This document shows, piece by piece, positions 1 to 11,802 of a stretch of 64,000 bases of DNA. A model generated the notes under the pieces. That model had not been told where the DNA came from. It saw nothing but the letters and a program-made list of their open reading frames with translations, and ran no database searches. The DNA comes from the human T2T-CHM13v2.0 reference genome, Homo sapiens. A program made the translations under genes and the position numbers. Each line of letters opens with the position of its first letter. The first letter of the stretch is position 1. The stretch lies in assembly GCF_009914755.1 (NCBI RefSeq), contig NC_060945.1; one strand, 5' to 3'.

Positions 1-199
1 ACACAGGGAGGGGAACATCACACACCTGGGCCTGTCGGTGGGTGGGAGTCTTGGGGAGGGATAGCATTAGGAGAAATACCTAATGTAGGTGACGGGTTGA
101 TGGGTGCAGCAAACCACCATGGCACGTGTATGGTTATGTAACAAACCTGCACGTTCTGCACATGCACCCCAGAACTTAAAGTATATTAAAAAAGAAAAA
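1..199 (+). mobile_element. L1PA 3' end with A-rich tail
   Basis: gggagggatagcattaggagaaatacctaatgta...cagaacttaaagtat plus A tail, the primate L1 3'UTR. Confidence 0.92.
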
Positions 200-843
200 C
201 AGAATATCCAATCCTCATTTCCAAGACTTCTCCAAAGCTAACAATTTTTGTGTAGGCTGTGTTTTTGTAAAGCTTTTTATTCTCTCTCTCTGTATATGTA
301 CACACGCACATACACACTATAATATACAAATGTATATTACATAAAGAAATGTTTGTTTATTTGCAAGTGGTTATACATAAAATATGCCAGTCTACATAAT
401 TTTATAGATCGTATTTATTAATTTTATAACTTTTTGTCATATTAATTCATATGGATCTATTCCATCCTTTTTATCTGTTGTAAAATATTTATTCATATGA
501 CTATATTATAATTTATAGTCTCCAACTGATGAACTTTTTCATTGTTCTCAATTTTTCAGCGTCCAGGTGGTGCTGAGGTGAATATTGTAGAACGTGAAAG
601 GATGTTTAGGTAGAAGGGACTTTGAGAAGTGAATTTACCTTGTCATAAAGTGTGGGTATTTTAAATATTCACATATATAGTGGCTGTTAAATTCCATTTC
701 CATCTGCAGTATGTGAGAATATATTTTTAAGTTGCCACATGATTAACTTTAAAAAAGTTTGCCAAATGGATGATTACAAATAATATTTTGTAGGTTATAA
801 TTACCTATTACTAAGGTTGAACACTTTTTAATATTTTTATTAA

Positions 844-1131
<288 letters not shown>

Positions 1132-2681
1132 TTTTAATTTGTAGGAGTTCTTAAATATTTTGGATAGTATTTATGGTACATGTTGTATATATTTTCTCTA
1201 AATCTGGTTTTTTTTTTTCTATGTTTTGTTGCTAGGTTGATTTTTTCGTTAATAGACTATTTCCGTAGGGTTAATATTTACAGAAACATTGAGCGGAAAG
1301 TACATGGCGTTCTGGTAGGCATTATCATCCCCCCATCCTTACACATGCTCTTGCTTTATTTTTAATTTCTTTGTGATATCTCATATTACCAGGAGCTTTT
1401 CATTTTGATGTAGCCATATTTGCTAATCTTTTATTTTACAAGTATTGTTTATTTGTTTGTTTGTACTTACTTGAAAAAAATCTTTCCTATCTAAGGTCTT
1501 TAAGGTAATGTCTTATATTTTCCCTTTTTTATTTTAGGCGTTCTTTTTTCTACTTAAATTTAACTACACCTCTTTTCAAATTTGCCTGTCACCTCACACA
1601 TTTTTTTCCATTGAGTACTCATACCCTAGTTACCTCACCATTCAGATGTCACTTCCATGCCATTTCTTCCCCTGAGTGTTCTTTTGTTCTTCAGGTTAGG
1701 AGCAATCTTCTTGCCTGCCAGAGAGTCTTGCAAAAAAAAAAAAAAAAAAGGTGATTTTCTTTTCTTCTCCGGAAGTTTTTATATTGTACTTAAACTAGTC
1801 AAGACAGTATTATGCTTGTTTCAGTATATTATTCTTCCAAATAGTTCTTGAGAACAAGATCTATAAATCTTGATATCCCCAAAGAGTCCTACTCAGTGTC
1901 TCAAAGAATAAGTTTACCATTAACTTTTGTAAAGAGAAAAAAAAATGTATGTTTAGTTTGGACAACTGAATGCTCATCTGGGACACACAGTAATTATTTC
2001 CAAATACTTGAACACCTATCCTAGGTTAAAGGAATTGAAGTGGTCCTATATGGTCAATAGATCATTGCTAAGGGCAACTATACAGTATTTTTCTCAATAC
2101 GAAGAAGAAATTTTCAGCAAATAGAATTCTCTGAAAATTGAACGAACTCACACAGGAGTGACTTGATTATTCCCAGCCTCATTCAAGCAGAAGCAGTGCA
2201 TTAATATTTCTTCTAAAGCCCTTTGTACACACAGTAGTCCTACTGAAGGAATGAATGACATATTAGCTCTATTTATATGCTTCGTGAGTTTTAATTTTAA
2301 ACATTGACTCTTGATATTGGGGTTTCTTCCCCATCTTTCCAGACTTCAGTTACACCCATCTCTGGGGATCATTTTATTTTTCTTTAAATATGATTTGCTT
2401 TTTATTTACAAAAATGCTTAGGGTATTTATCATGTTGTTTTCACCACTCAAATAGATGATTTTATTTTCATTTTTTGGGTAATAACTTACAGAGGTTAAA
2501 TGACTTCTAGGAGGTTCAATATTAAATTTATTTAACTGCTGAAACCTTATCTACAAAACCAATAAATACACATACTGTGCTGAGAAATAAACGTATGTTT
2601 AATACTCTATGTACTCTTTATTAAATTGATTTATGTTTCCAAATTTCTGTATATCAATATTAATGTAGACATTCTAGGTGA

Positions 2682-3101
<420 letters not shown>

Positions 3102-3196
3102 TGACAATGCTATGTATATTGCCCAGAATATGGATGAAATTTTAGTAAATGTGAAATAAAGCATAAGGAAAGCCATTACTTCCAGACAGAAATTTG

Positions 3197-3202
3197 TTTA
3201 TT
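3197..3202 (-). terminator. Probable polyadenylation signal of KRTAP24-1
   Basis: tttatt = AATAAA on minus, ~840 bp past the stop codon. Confidence 0.65.
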
Positions 3203-4038
3203 AACTAAGAACTAGGACATTTTCCAGAGTCAGAATGCAATAAATTGGCAAGGCAAGATGATAGGAGAATCCTAAACGCAGATTACACATAATTGTAAAG
3301 GGTCTCTAACAGTATTTGTTCTTCTTTCAACAAATAATTTTCATGCTTTAGCTAATTCTGAGGCTTTTTCTTAGGCATGGAGAACAAAAGCTGAGTACCA
3401 GTGAATCTTGTTTTATGGCTTCTCTGGAAGAGAAGATTTGCTGAAGTCTTCTATTTTTGAGCTCTAGTCACCATTGCTATTTGCCTGTTCTTACAATCAA
3501 TCAGTAAGAAAAGGATGAAATAGTTCAACTTATTATGCTCAAGATAGTGTTTTCTATCGGCTTATTAGCAAGGTGCTAGTTAGGTAGTTGACAAAAATAT
3601 TAATGACAATCAAAGCCATCCGAATGAATTTGCATGCTGGAATCTGCAGTCAAACCATGGAGGCCCCATTTCATCAGGAAAGGTAGGTGATAATCACACT
3701 GTCAGACAAGTGACAGTGACAGCCAAAGTAAGAAAGCCGGTGATGGTTGTATTTCAAATGGAGTCTCTTCGGTAAGTCCATTGTAATAAATCTCAGAAAT
3801 AATGATGTTACCTTCAGGGTCAGCTTTTAGTACAAAGAGCAATAACAGAACAACAGAAAAAAGAAAACCTAGCAGGTGATACTGGCTGTGGTTAATAAAC
3901 CTGGGAGTTGTATTTGAACTTAATGTAACAAGATTCTTAGGCTGAATAAAGAGATTCAGCAGAAAATTAGACGTTCTAGTACTTAGTAGAATCTTCCCCA
4001 TTGGGCAATTTCCAGCTGCTATAAATTCTGGAAGTTGG

Positions 4039-4803
4039 TCAATAGCATTTCAGAGGTCTGCTACCACTGCACAAATACCTCAGAGGTGGAAAGGTACTGG
4101 GTATATAGCTCAGAGATCTGAAGCTTCTAGATAAATAGCTCAGTGGTCGGCAGCTCGTAGGCCTGTAGCTTGAATAGTGATAATTTCTCACTAAATAGCT
4201 TTGGGGTTGGCAGCTGTTGGAAATATAACATAATGGTGAGACGTAGCTGGGTATGAAGCAAGGATTTTGGTAGCTTTTATACCCCAAAGTACTCAATCTG
4301 CAGTGGTTTAGAGTTTGGAAACTCTTGGATAAGCAGTTAAGTTGTCCAAAGCAGTTGGAACCGTTGCGGAGGGTTTGGCAGGCTTTGGATGCATTTCGAG
4401 TGGGTATGTGGCAATTGCATACATACCCATTGGTCTGGGTGCTTGGGCTGCAGCTGGGGCTGGGGCTGACGTTGGTAGTTTCACAGACACTGAAGACTTG
4501 GCCTGCTGATGGGGAGTTGCAGGGCACAGAGGAGTTTGACGGGTCACAACCAGTGGTACTGCAGGTCTTGGGCTCACAGCTGGGAGATTTGCAGGTTGGT
4601 GCTTCACCGTAGGATTCTTGGCAGTAATCCAGGAGCCAGAGATTTCCTTGGTAGCTACTGGGTAAGCAGTGTCCAAAGGTAGGGCTTAAATCACTGGAGC
4701 TAAGAGTAACAGAAGAGGTCACTGGGATATAACAGTGAGTTCTGTATGATGTGGTACTGCAGACCCCAGGATAGCCTGTAGTAGACATGGAGCCTGCAGG
4801 CAT
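4039..4803 (-). CDS. KRTAP24-1: Keratin-associated protein 24-1 (254 aa, single exon)
   Basis: Reading from the ATG at 4803 gives MPAGSMSTTGYPGVCSTTSYRTHCYIPV..., Cys/Ser/Pro/Tyr-rich, with the PMG-type core WLLDYCQESYGEAPTC and C-terminal decameric repeats (CRPLSYLSRS/FRSLSYIPST). The TATA box at 4845-4851 lies between ATG 4929 and ATG 4803, so 4803 is the start. Confidence 0.96.
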   Translation of the reverse strand: MPAGSMSTTGYPGVCSTTSYRTHCYIPVTSSVTLSSSDLSPTFGHCLPSSYQGNLWLLDYCQESYGEAPTCKSPSCEPKTCSTTGCDPSNSSVPCNSPSAGQVFSVCETTNVSPSPSCSPSTQTNGYVCNCHIPTRNASKACQTLRNGSNCFGQLNCLSKSFQTLNHCRLSTLGYKSYQNPCFIPSYVSPLCYISNSCQPQSYLVRNYHYSSYRPTSCRPLSYLSRSFRSLSYIPSTFPPLRYLCSGSRPLKCY

Positions 4804-4844
4804 GCTCAGTGGTCGCTGTGCAGTGTGTCTGTGGCCTAAGGACG

Positions 4845-4851
4845 TTTTATA
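4845..4851 (-). promoter_or_regulatory. TATA box of KRTAP24-1
   Basis: + strand ttttata = TATAAAA on minus, 42 bp upstream of the ATG. Confidence 0.85.
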
Positions 4852-4992
4852 CCTTCCCTGGTGATTGTCAAAAGCCTCTCCAGACTCTTTCTTCTGTCTG
4901 CTTGGGGCAATAACACAGCAACATCTCATTAGTGTGTTGGTTAGCCACAGAGGCTAATGTTTTCACACGTGTAAAAATAAGTTTATTTTAAT

Positions 4993-5001
4993 TCTTCAAA
5001 G
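4993..5001 (-). promoter_or_regulatory. HK1/LEF1 motif CTTTGAAGA upstream of KRTAP24-1
   Basis: + strand tcttcaaag is an exact match to the LEF1/TCF site known from hair keratin promoters, ~140 bp upstream of the TATA. Confidence 0.7.
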
Positions 5002-7171
5002 TATCCATAATCACCACTTTGACCATCACCCATCACTCATCATCTGTAGACCATACCTTCAGCAAATAGTGATTTTCATGTTAATAGGCAAACTCTCATC
5101 TGTCAATCAGAGGTTAACAAGAGTTCATGGGTCTATGGGCTTCTGCAACATGGTTATTTAAAGGTTCACAAGGACTCAAGTAAAGCAAGTAACCTGTATT
5201 TTTCCACGCTGTTAACTACTGGAAAACACTGAAGGACTTAATCATATACTCTGAAATAAGTCAAGTAGTTTGTCTGTCTCAACATGGTTACTCAAAAGCA
5301 GGCATTGACCTTTCAAGAATCAGTTTTCCAAATATGTGCTATACTCTTACCTGTGCAGGGCCATATACTGGTAACGGCTTCTCATGTAATGTATTAGGAG
5401 AAGTTCATAGGTAAGACTCACAGCAATACTTGGGAAACTTGGTGACCAACACCTGGCTAAAAATGAACTTGTTCCCAGGGGGCATTTGTTGCTAAGCAAC
5501 CAAGACTTCTGTTAAATCCCTTCTTAAAGAGTGTCGGCAATATGCACTATCAAATAAACCCAGCTTTGCAAGATGATACCTTCCTAATTGACTAAGATTA
5601 CATATCACATGTTCCATTGCCTGCTGTAAACCCCAATTGCTGTCAGATGTAAATATTTTCCCCGTTTTTCCCCAAATAAGTTCTCTTATTCTTTATTTGC
5701 TTTCTTTTGCACCTACACTTTATTTTACTCCTGTGTTGAAAAATGCAGTTATTTTTAGTTTATGTCAATGAAAGGAAATAACTCTTTAAAAGTTTTATCT
5801 GAATAAACTGTATAGTTCTTACAAGCACTGTATATATGAAATAGCACTTTTTACTACTCAGGGTGAAGGCTAAAGAATTTTTTTAAAGATTTTAATTTAT
5901 ACTGAAGAACTGAAATTTTGTTCTTCAAATATAAAATTATAATTTATAATTCCAGCCTCTATTGAATTGGAAACAGCAATGCATTTATTAACTGTGAAGA
6001 GTTCAGACAGAGAATAGAACAGTCTTCTTCAGGTATAATCAGCTATAGGGATAGTTTTTTAAATTAACTCTCTTTATAGCAAACTATGAGATTTCTCTCA
6101 CTGTTTTCGGTTACTTTTCAGTCAGATTTTTCAAATGCACAGCAATTTAAACCTACAGATATTCTCTTTTTTTTAAAAAAGATCTCCATTTTCTCAGTGC
6201 TTTTCTCAGTATTTGTTCTGTAAGTTGACAATAAGCAATTCTGTATTAAACATGTTTTGCTGCCTTCTGCAGTATCTCTCAGGTGACAAAGGCCACAATC
6301 ATGAAACTGTATTTCCAGTAAATTGTTTGGCTATAGAGAGCCTTGGGATTTTGTGCGGAAAATGTTAGTCCTGAGGCAGGCAAAATAGGAAAGAAGATAC
6401 ATGGGCAGTTAGTTGACGGCCAACTTTCCGCTAAGTTACTGAGCCCCAGTGATACACAGAAAAGCCACAGGTTGATGAAGCTTTATTTCTACAGTTCTCT
6501 ATTGTATCATTGTTGCCTCTAGTCTTTTTTTCTTAGGCATCCTTGAAGCAGGTTTGAGGGCTAACACCATTAACAAACACAGAATGAGTTAAGTCAGTTA
6601 CTGTAAAGCTCACATTCTTCCCTTCCATCTTAAAATTAAATAGTGAGGTATTTTGAATTAATTTGATTCACACAGGTGTAAGTCTAAAAAATAATGTGGA
6701 ACATCATATGGCATGACCAATATTCAAAGCATGAGCCATTAGAACATATTTAAATTGATTTTGCTATGATAATATTCTAAACAAATAAACAATGAGATTT
6801 GAGAAAGGAACCCTAGCTCATTTCCTCTCATTTGCTTTTGTGTTTCCTCTCCTTCCTTACTCAGAACATCACACACCTGTAGAAACAACATCCCATCCCA
6901 TTCACACCATCATTTTCTGTACATGATTCCTCTGCACAATTGTGTCCTACTCTAATCTCAACCTTTGAAAGAGATGGAGCACACCGCATCAGAAATATAG
7001 CAAATATCAGGTTCATAGCGATGGCAGGCTTGAGTAGAAAATAAAGACCATTGTCGTTTGAGTGGCATCGTGGTCTGAAGGCTTTGGAGAGTCATATGCA
7101 TTTCTCTGTTTTCACTTAACTCCTAAAATAATGTTTTCTTCCATTAATTCCCCTGTTATTAGTATTTGTTG

Positions 7172-7597
7172 TGTGCGGAAGTCCGAATAATGCACCCACC
7201 CAAGAGGGTCACATTCCAGTACTGGGAAATCTGTGAATGCTACGTGACACGGCAAAAAGGGACTGTGCAGGTGTGATTAAATTAAGGATCTTGAAGTGGA
7301 TTATCTGGGTGGGCCTGATGTAATTTCCAGACAATATGAGGATGGAAACAGAGTTTGGAATGATGTGGCCACAAGCTAAGGAATGTCAGCAATCGTTATA
7401 ATCCAAAAAAGGTAGGGAATGTATTTCTCCCTGGGGATTCCAGGAGGAATCAGCACTGTTGATAACTTCACTTTGGGTCAGCGAAGCAGCTTTTGAACTG
7501 TAGCCTCTAGAACTGTAAGAAAATACACTTTTGTTGTTTTATGCCTTTCCATTGAGTTTGTGGTAAGTTGTTACAGCTGTCACAGGAAATAAATACA
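7172..7597 (+). mobile_element. MaLR solo LTR (MLT1D/E-like)
   Basis: ggcaaaaagggactgtgcaggtgtgattaaattaaggatcttga...ctctagaactgtaaga...ttgttacagc...aaataca. Confidence 0.75.
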
Positions 7598-8929
7598 CTA
7601 TGCCAGAAAAGTGTAGGAAAATATAATAGATAGTCCTTATGTAGTTTGAGAAGTTTGCACTCTGTATTCAGGGAAAGTTTAAGATGTAAGGAATGAGCTT
7701 CCTAGCTATCAGATAATTCAGAGAGATACCAATACTGTCTGTGGAATACGCAACAAACTTCCTGTATCTAATGAGCCAGCAGACTCCTTTCCTCATTAAA
7801 AAAGAGTTGTGGAATTCTTTCCCAGTTTTATCCAAAGGTTAAAAATCCTTTAGGGTAAACAGAAGATCAAATAAAGCTAAATTTTCCAGTAAATGGCCCT
7901 TAAAAAAAGTAATAGAGGACACTTTTCTAGTCTTTTAGGTCAAACAAAATTTTATATTCCCTTTTGCTACTATATATGCAGTAATGTATTTTTCCACTTG
8001 CCAAGATGGTGTTAAATTAGGCAAAACTGATCTTATGACTGAAAAAGCAAAATGTTTGTGAATCCATACTTAAATAACAATTGAATTGCAAATATTGAGT
8101 CAAAATGATTCTTACATTTAGCATTGGTAACCTAAAATATTGGTTACTTGCTGTTTACAAGTAGCATTTATATTGCTGTAAATGTAATGCAGCATTTACA
8201 TTGTTGGCTTAATAGATCGTTAGTGGTTTAAGAAGCTGAAGAACAGATGAGAAATATAAAAAATTTTAAGAAACAGAAATAAATGAAGGTAAAGCCTTTA
8301 AAAAATGATAGCACAAATGGGTGGAAAGAGGAATTTTCATGCTTAAATTCAGGGAAACATGGTATACATGTAATGAAATACAACTGTAGTAAAAGTTAAA
8401 CATTTTTAAATGGAACTGTCAGGACTGTGCCCTACTGAGTTATGCATTACTGTCTTGCTGACTACCATTTAAATGTATTTATTAGCATGTACCTTGGAAA
8501 ATTGTTCTCTCTCAGTACATCAGTATCTTAAATAAAACTGGAGCTAATAGCATGTACTTTGCAGGACTTTCCTGCAGATGCAATGAGATAATAAATATGA
8601 AAATACCTAGAAAAGTGCAATGGACATAGTAGATGCAAATTAAATCTTTTCTTTCTAATTTTCTAATGCTCCACTTTAGGGAATTCCGGTCACCAATTAG
8701 ACTAAAAAATATTATTTGCAATTTACTTTGATGTTGTAAACACATAGTCCTACAATAATCATTGTGTCCTTTAAAAGTAAATGCTAAAAATGAACAATTC
8801 TACCTTGTGTAGTTAAGAAAAATGACTTGCTTGACAACAGGCTACTAATGACTCCTCTTGTATAACTCAAATCCTTCAGTGTCATATATCATTAGCTAGT
8901 TCCTGGAAGCCGTATATGTATTGCTAGCA

Positions 8930-9225
8930 ATAAAGGCTCAATGCTCAAATTCCCTGGACTCTAATCCTGTTTCTGATGCTCAGTTTGACTACCACGTGTT
9001 TCTGTAACTTAATTTCCACCTCTTCAAAATAAAGCTAATAGTAGTATTTGCTCCACAGGTGGCTATGAGAATTAAATAGGTAGCTGTGAGAATTAATAGT
9101 AGTATTTGCTCCATAGGTGGCTGTATTTATTAAATTAAATAAATACTACTAATAGTAGTATTTGCTCAATAGGTGGGTGTGAGAGTTGGTCAAGCACAGC
9201 ATAGGAAATATAGTTTTGTGTAGCT
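8930..9225 (+). mobile_element. MIR-like SINE with internal tandem rearrangement
   Basis: MIR-like core (ctaatcctgtttctgatgc...aaaataaagctaatagtagtatttgctccacagg) with the 3' segment present three times. Confidence 0.55.
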
Positions 9226-9345
9226 GATGTTTTGATGTTAACCTTTATCATTATCATCAGCCTATAATATTTGTTAGTATTATTATTTTTTATTGTCATT
9301 GGATCTCATCTAAAACTTACTGCATTTTGTATGTGTACATCAAAA

Positions 9346-9511
9346 GCAAGAAGAAAGAAAAAATAAAGAAGGAAGGAAGCAAGAAAGGAAGGGATGGAGG
9401 GAGGGAAGAAGGAAGGGAGAGGAAGAAGGAAGGAGGGAGGGAGGAAAAATGGAAGGAAAGAGAGAGGAAAGAAGGAAGAAAGGAAGGAAGGAAGGAAAAA
9501 GGAAGGAAAGA
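9346..9511 (+). repeat. GA-rich (GGAA)n-type polypurine tract
   Basis: ~165 bp of near-pure A/G on the + strand. Confidence 0.95.
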
Positions 9512-11052
9512 ACATGCCAGAATAGGCTGTTTTAGGCTAGGTAACTTGCTATGATGTGTATAAATTATATGTTGATCTTAGAAATTAAATTTGGAGGAAT
9601 TGAATAAGTTGAAGGCATTTACCACCATTTATATGGGAAATAAGGATCCCAGAGAGGGCATACTCCATAAAGGTACACACCATTAAAGTTAGTCCAGCTA
9701 GAGAGAAAGGCTGGGTGGGGCTGTGGCAGAGAGGAAATACTTTTATTTGAAGTTTAGATTTGTCATTCTAGAATTGAAGATTATGGTCACCAAGTAATTG
9801 ATAACTTCCAAGTGGCTTCTAGATTAGCCAAAACCTGAATAAATAAAAATAGAGATAATATGAAAGACAATGAAAAGTCTTTGAACTATAACTTATGTGG
9901 GTCTTCTGGCAAGTTTCTTGACCTATTTGAATTTTCTTATCTGTAACAATGGGGATGATAGTATCTTTTCATACGTGCATTGGGAGATTATTGATCATGT
10001 AGTGGTATGCCCGGTACATTGAAGATGATCAATATGGTGGAATAGTTATTGGAATATGAGCAGTTGCTTGTAAGAAGAACAAGTTCCCAGTGAGTAGGTG
10101 GAATAACTGAATTAATTAGTTACATACATATAAGAGAGAAACAAGTTCAAAGTAATAACAATTTTCTCTATGCAAGGATCCACGGGAGGGAAGGGGGGAG
10201 GACTTAAGTTTCATTCAAGAGGAAAAAATATTGTGCTGTCCGTTGTACAGAACTAAAATTTATGTAACCCCTTTGTGCTTAATCTTGTGGGGCAGGCTGG
10301 GCATTGTAACTTGTTCTGTTCAATGGTAATTTAGAAGACATATGCAGGGCTGATGAGCAATTAATTTTCCTTGCTATTTTCTCTCTGCCTCTACTGGCAT
10401 TATTCCTGATAGTGAAGATCCTCTATGCCTGGGTCCCAGAATGAGAATGATTTGGGAGCTGAAACAATGAATGTGTAGTAGGGGTGATAAGTAGACCATT
10501 CCAATTTTAAGCATCTGGAATTTTGAAGTTGTTGGTTGCTAAGGCAAAATGTAGTCTATTTGGGCTAAATAATTCTCTTTTTAACTGTTAGAAAATACAG
10601 GTGCATATTTAATGTTTAAGTAGTAGGACACATGCAATCAGATTCTTGAAAGGATCTATCTTGCCTGCGTTTTTCAGATACTCTTTATTTTCTTTCTTTT
10701 CATTATATTTGTTTAGTGAAACTAACAGTCCTTAACTTCATTGAAGATAATGAAGAACCAAAAGATACTCTTTTCTATATAATTTGAAGACAGTTTACTT
10801 ATAAATAACCATGAAAACTTGTCTTCCTATTCAAGGACATATTATTGGCATAGAAATCAAGAATCGCTGGCAGTGAAAATTTTCTAGTGAAGAAACAATT
10901 ACAATCTCTTAGAATTTGATCAAGTAAAATGGTACAGGTTAAAACAGCACCTGAACTATAAACACAATGGTCCATCAGCCTAAGAACAATTCTTCAACCT
11001 AAAGATAAAATTTCTGTAAAACGCTGTCAGGGCAAGACACTGAAAAGACAAT

Positions 11053-11361
11053 TCAGCATGTTCTTCTAAGAAATGGAGATTGCCAACCCACAAAATCAGA
11101 ACAAGCTGGTTGGAAACTGCTGTGCATGAAGGAAATAGGTTGGAAACTATGAGACACATAATTCAGGGATCTGAAGCTGTTGGATATAGAACCTATAGTT
11201 TGATTACCATAGGAGAAATAGCTCAAGGGATAGCAGGTCCTGGACACAAAATTCAGTGATTGACAGCGACAAAAAATAAAGCTCGGTGATTGACAGCCAT
11301 AAGAGACATGGTTTTGGGGGTGGCAACTACTGAAAAAAAAGCCTTGAGATCTGTTATGCAT
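11053..11361 (-). CDS. KRTAP25-1: Keratin-associated protein 25-1 (102 aa as usually annotated)
   Basis: ATG at 11361 gives MHNRSQGFFFSSCHPQNHVSYGCQ...WQSPFLRRTC*, with decameric repeats (CQSLNFVSRT/CYPLSYFSYG/FRSLNYVSHS). It lacks the family N-terminal domain (see findings). Confidence 0.85.
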   Translation of the reverse strand: MHNRSQGFFFSSCHPQNHVSYGCQSPSFIFCRCQSLNFVSRTCYPLSYFSYGNQTIGSISNSFRSLNYVSHSFQPISFMHSSFQPACSDFVGWQSPFLRRTC

Positions 11362-11690
11362 TGAGGATTGGCAGGAACTTGAGAAATAAGGATTGATATA
11401 AAAACAGCTAGTTGAGTGGCAAGGTCTGGAGACACAGTAAGTAGTAGAAAGCAGCAAGAAATTTTACAAATTGCATGCACACAACTGGATGAATGGTAGC
11501 TGGAAGGTTTACCACATGTCTCTGGGGAGTTTTCTAGAAGTCAAATTCAGCGTTGGTTGGACAAGCACAGAGCATGGTCCCAGTTTACACAAGTAGGCCA
11601 GAGTGCAGTGGATGAGGTGACAAGAACATGGCAGTAACTCCCAAGACAACAGAAGTTGTAGTTTCCATAATAGCAGATGCTGGCTGACAT
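11362..11690 (-). pseudogene. Disrupted N-terminal half of the ancestral KRTAP25 gene
   Basis: ATG 11690: MSASICYYGNYNFCCLGSYCHVLVTSSTALWPTCVNWDHALCLSNQR*I*LLENSPETCGKPSSYHSSSCVHAICKISCC, then a frameshift near 11450 into STTYCVSRPCHSTSCF...SSM(11361). Collinear with the KRTAP26-1 N-terminus. Confidence 0.85.
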
Positions 11691-11790
11691 GACAGAGTCT
11701 GAAGTAAGGCTTTCATTCAGATAAGTAACAAAGAATAGCTTATCTAAGTCTACATCAAACTAGACCAGGTTGCTTCTACACCTTGATAGC

Positions 11791-11802
11791 TATATACTCA
11801 GA
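11791..11802 (-). promoter_or_regulatory. TATA element of the ancestral KRTAP25 locus
   Basis: + strand tatatactcaga is identical to the KRTAP27-1 TATA context (59617-59628) and lies ~100 bp upstream of ATG 11690. Confidence 0.6.

Noticed and set aside
4804-4929. 42-codon in-frame N-terminal extension of KRTAP24-1 (MRCCCVIAP..., the 296-aa ORF)
   Set aside because: It runs through the TATA box at 4845-4851 and has no KRTAP-like composition; family homology begins at MPAGSMS.
9306-9554. K/E/G/R-rich and F/L/P/S-rich ORFs
   Set aside because: They are translations of the GA-rich simple repeat.
11362-11457. TTG-initiated 134-aa version of KRTAP25-1
   Set aside because: The frame opens only because of the frameshift near 11450; the TTG is not a credible start.
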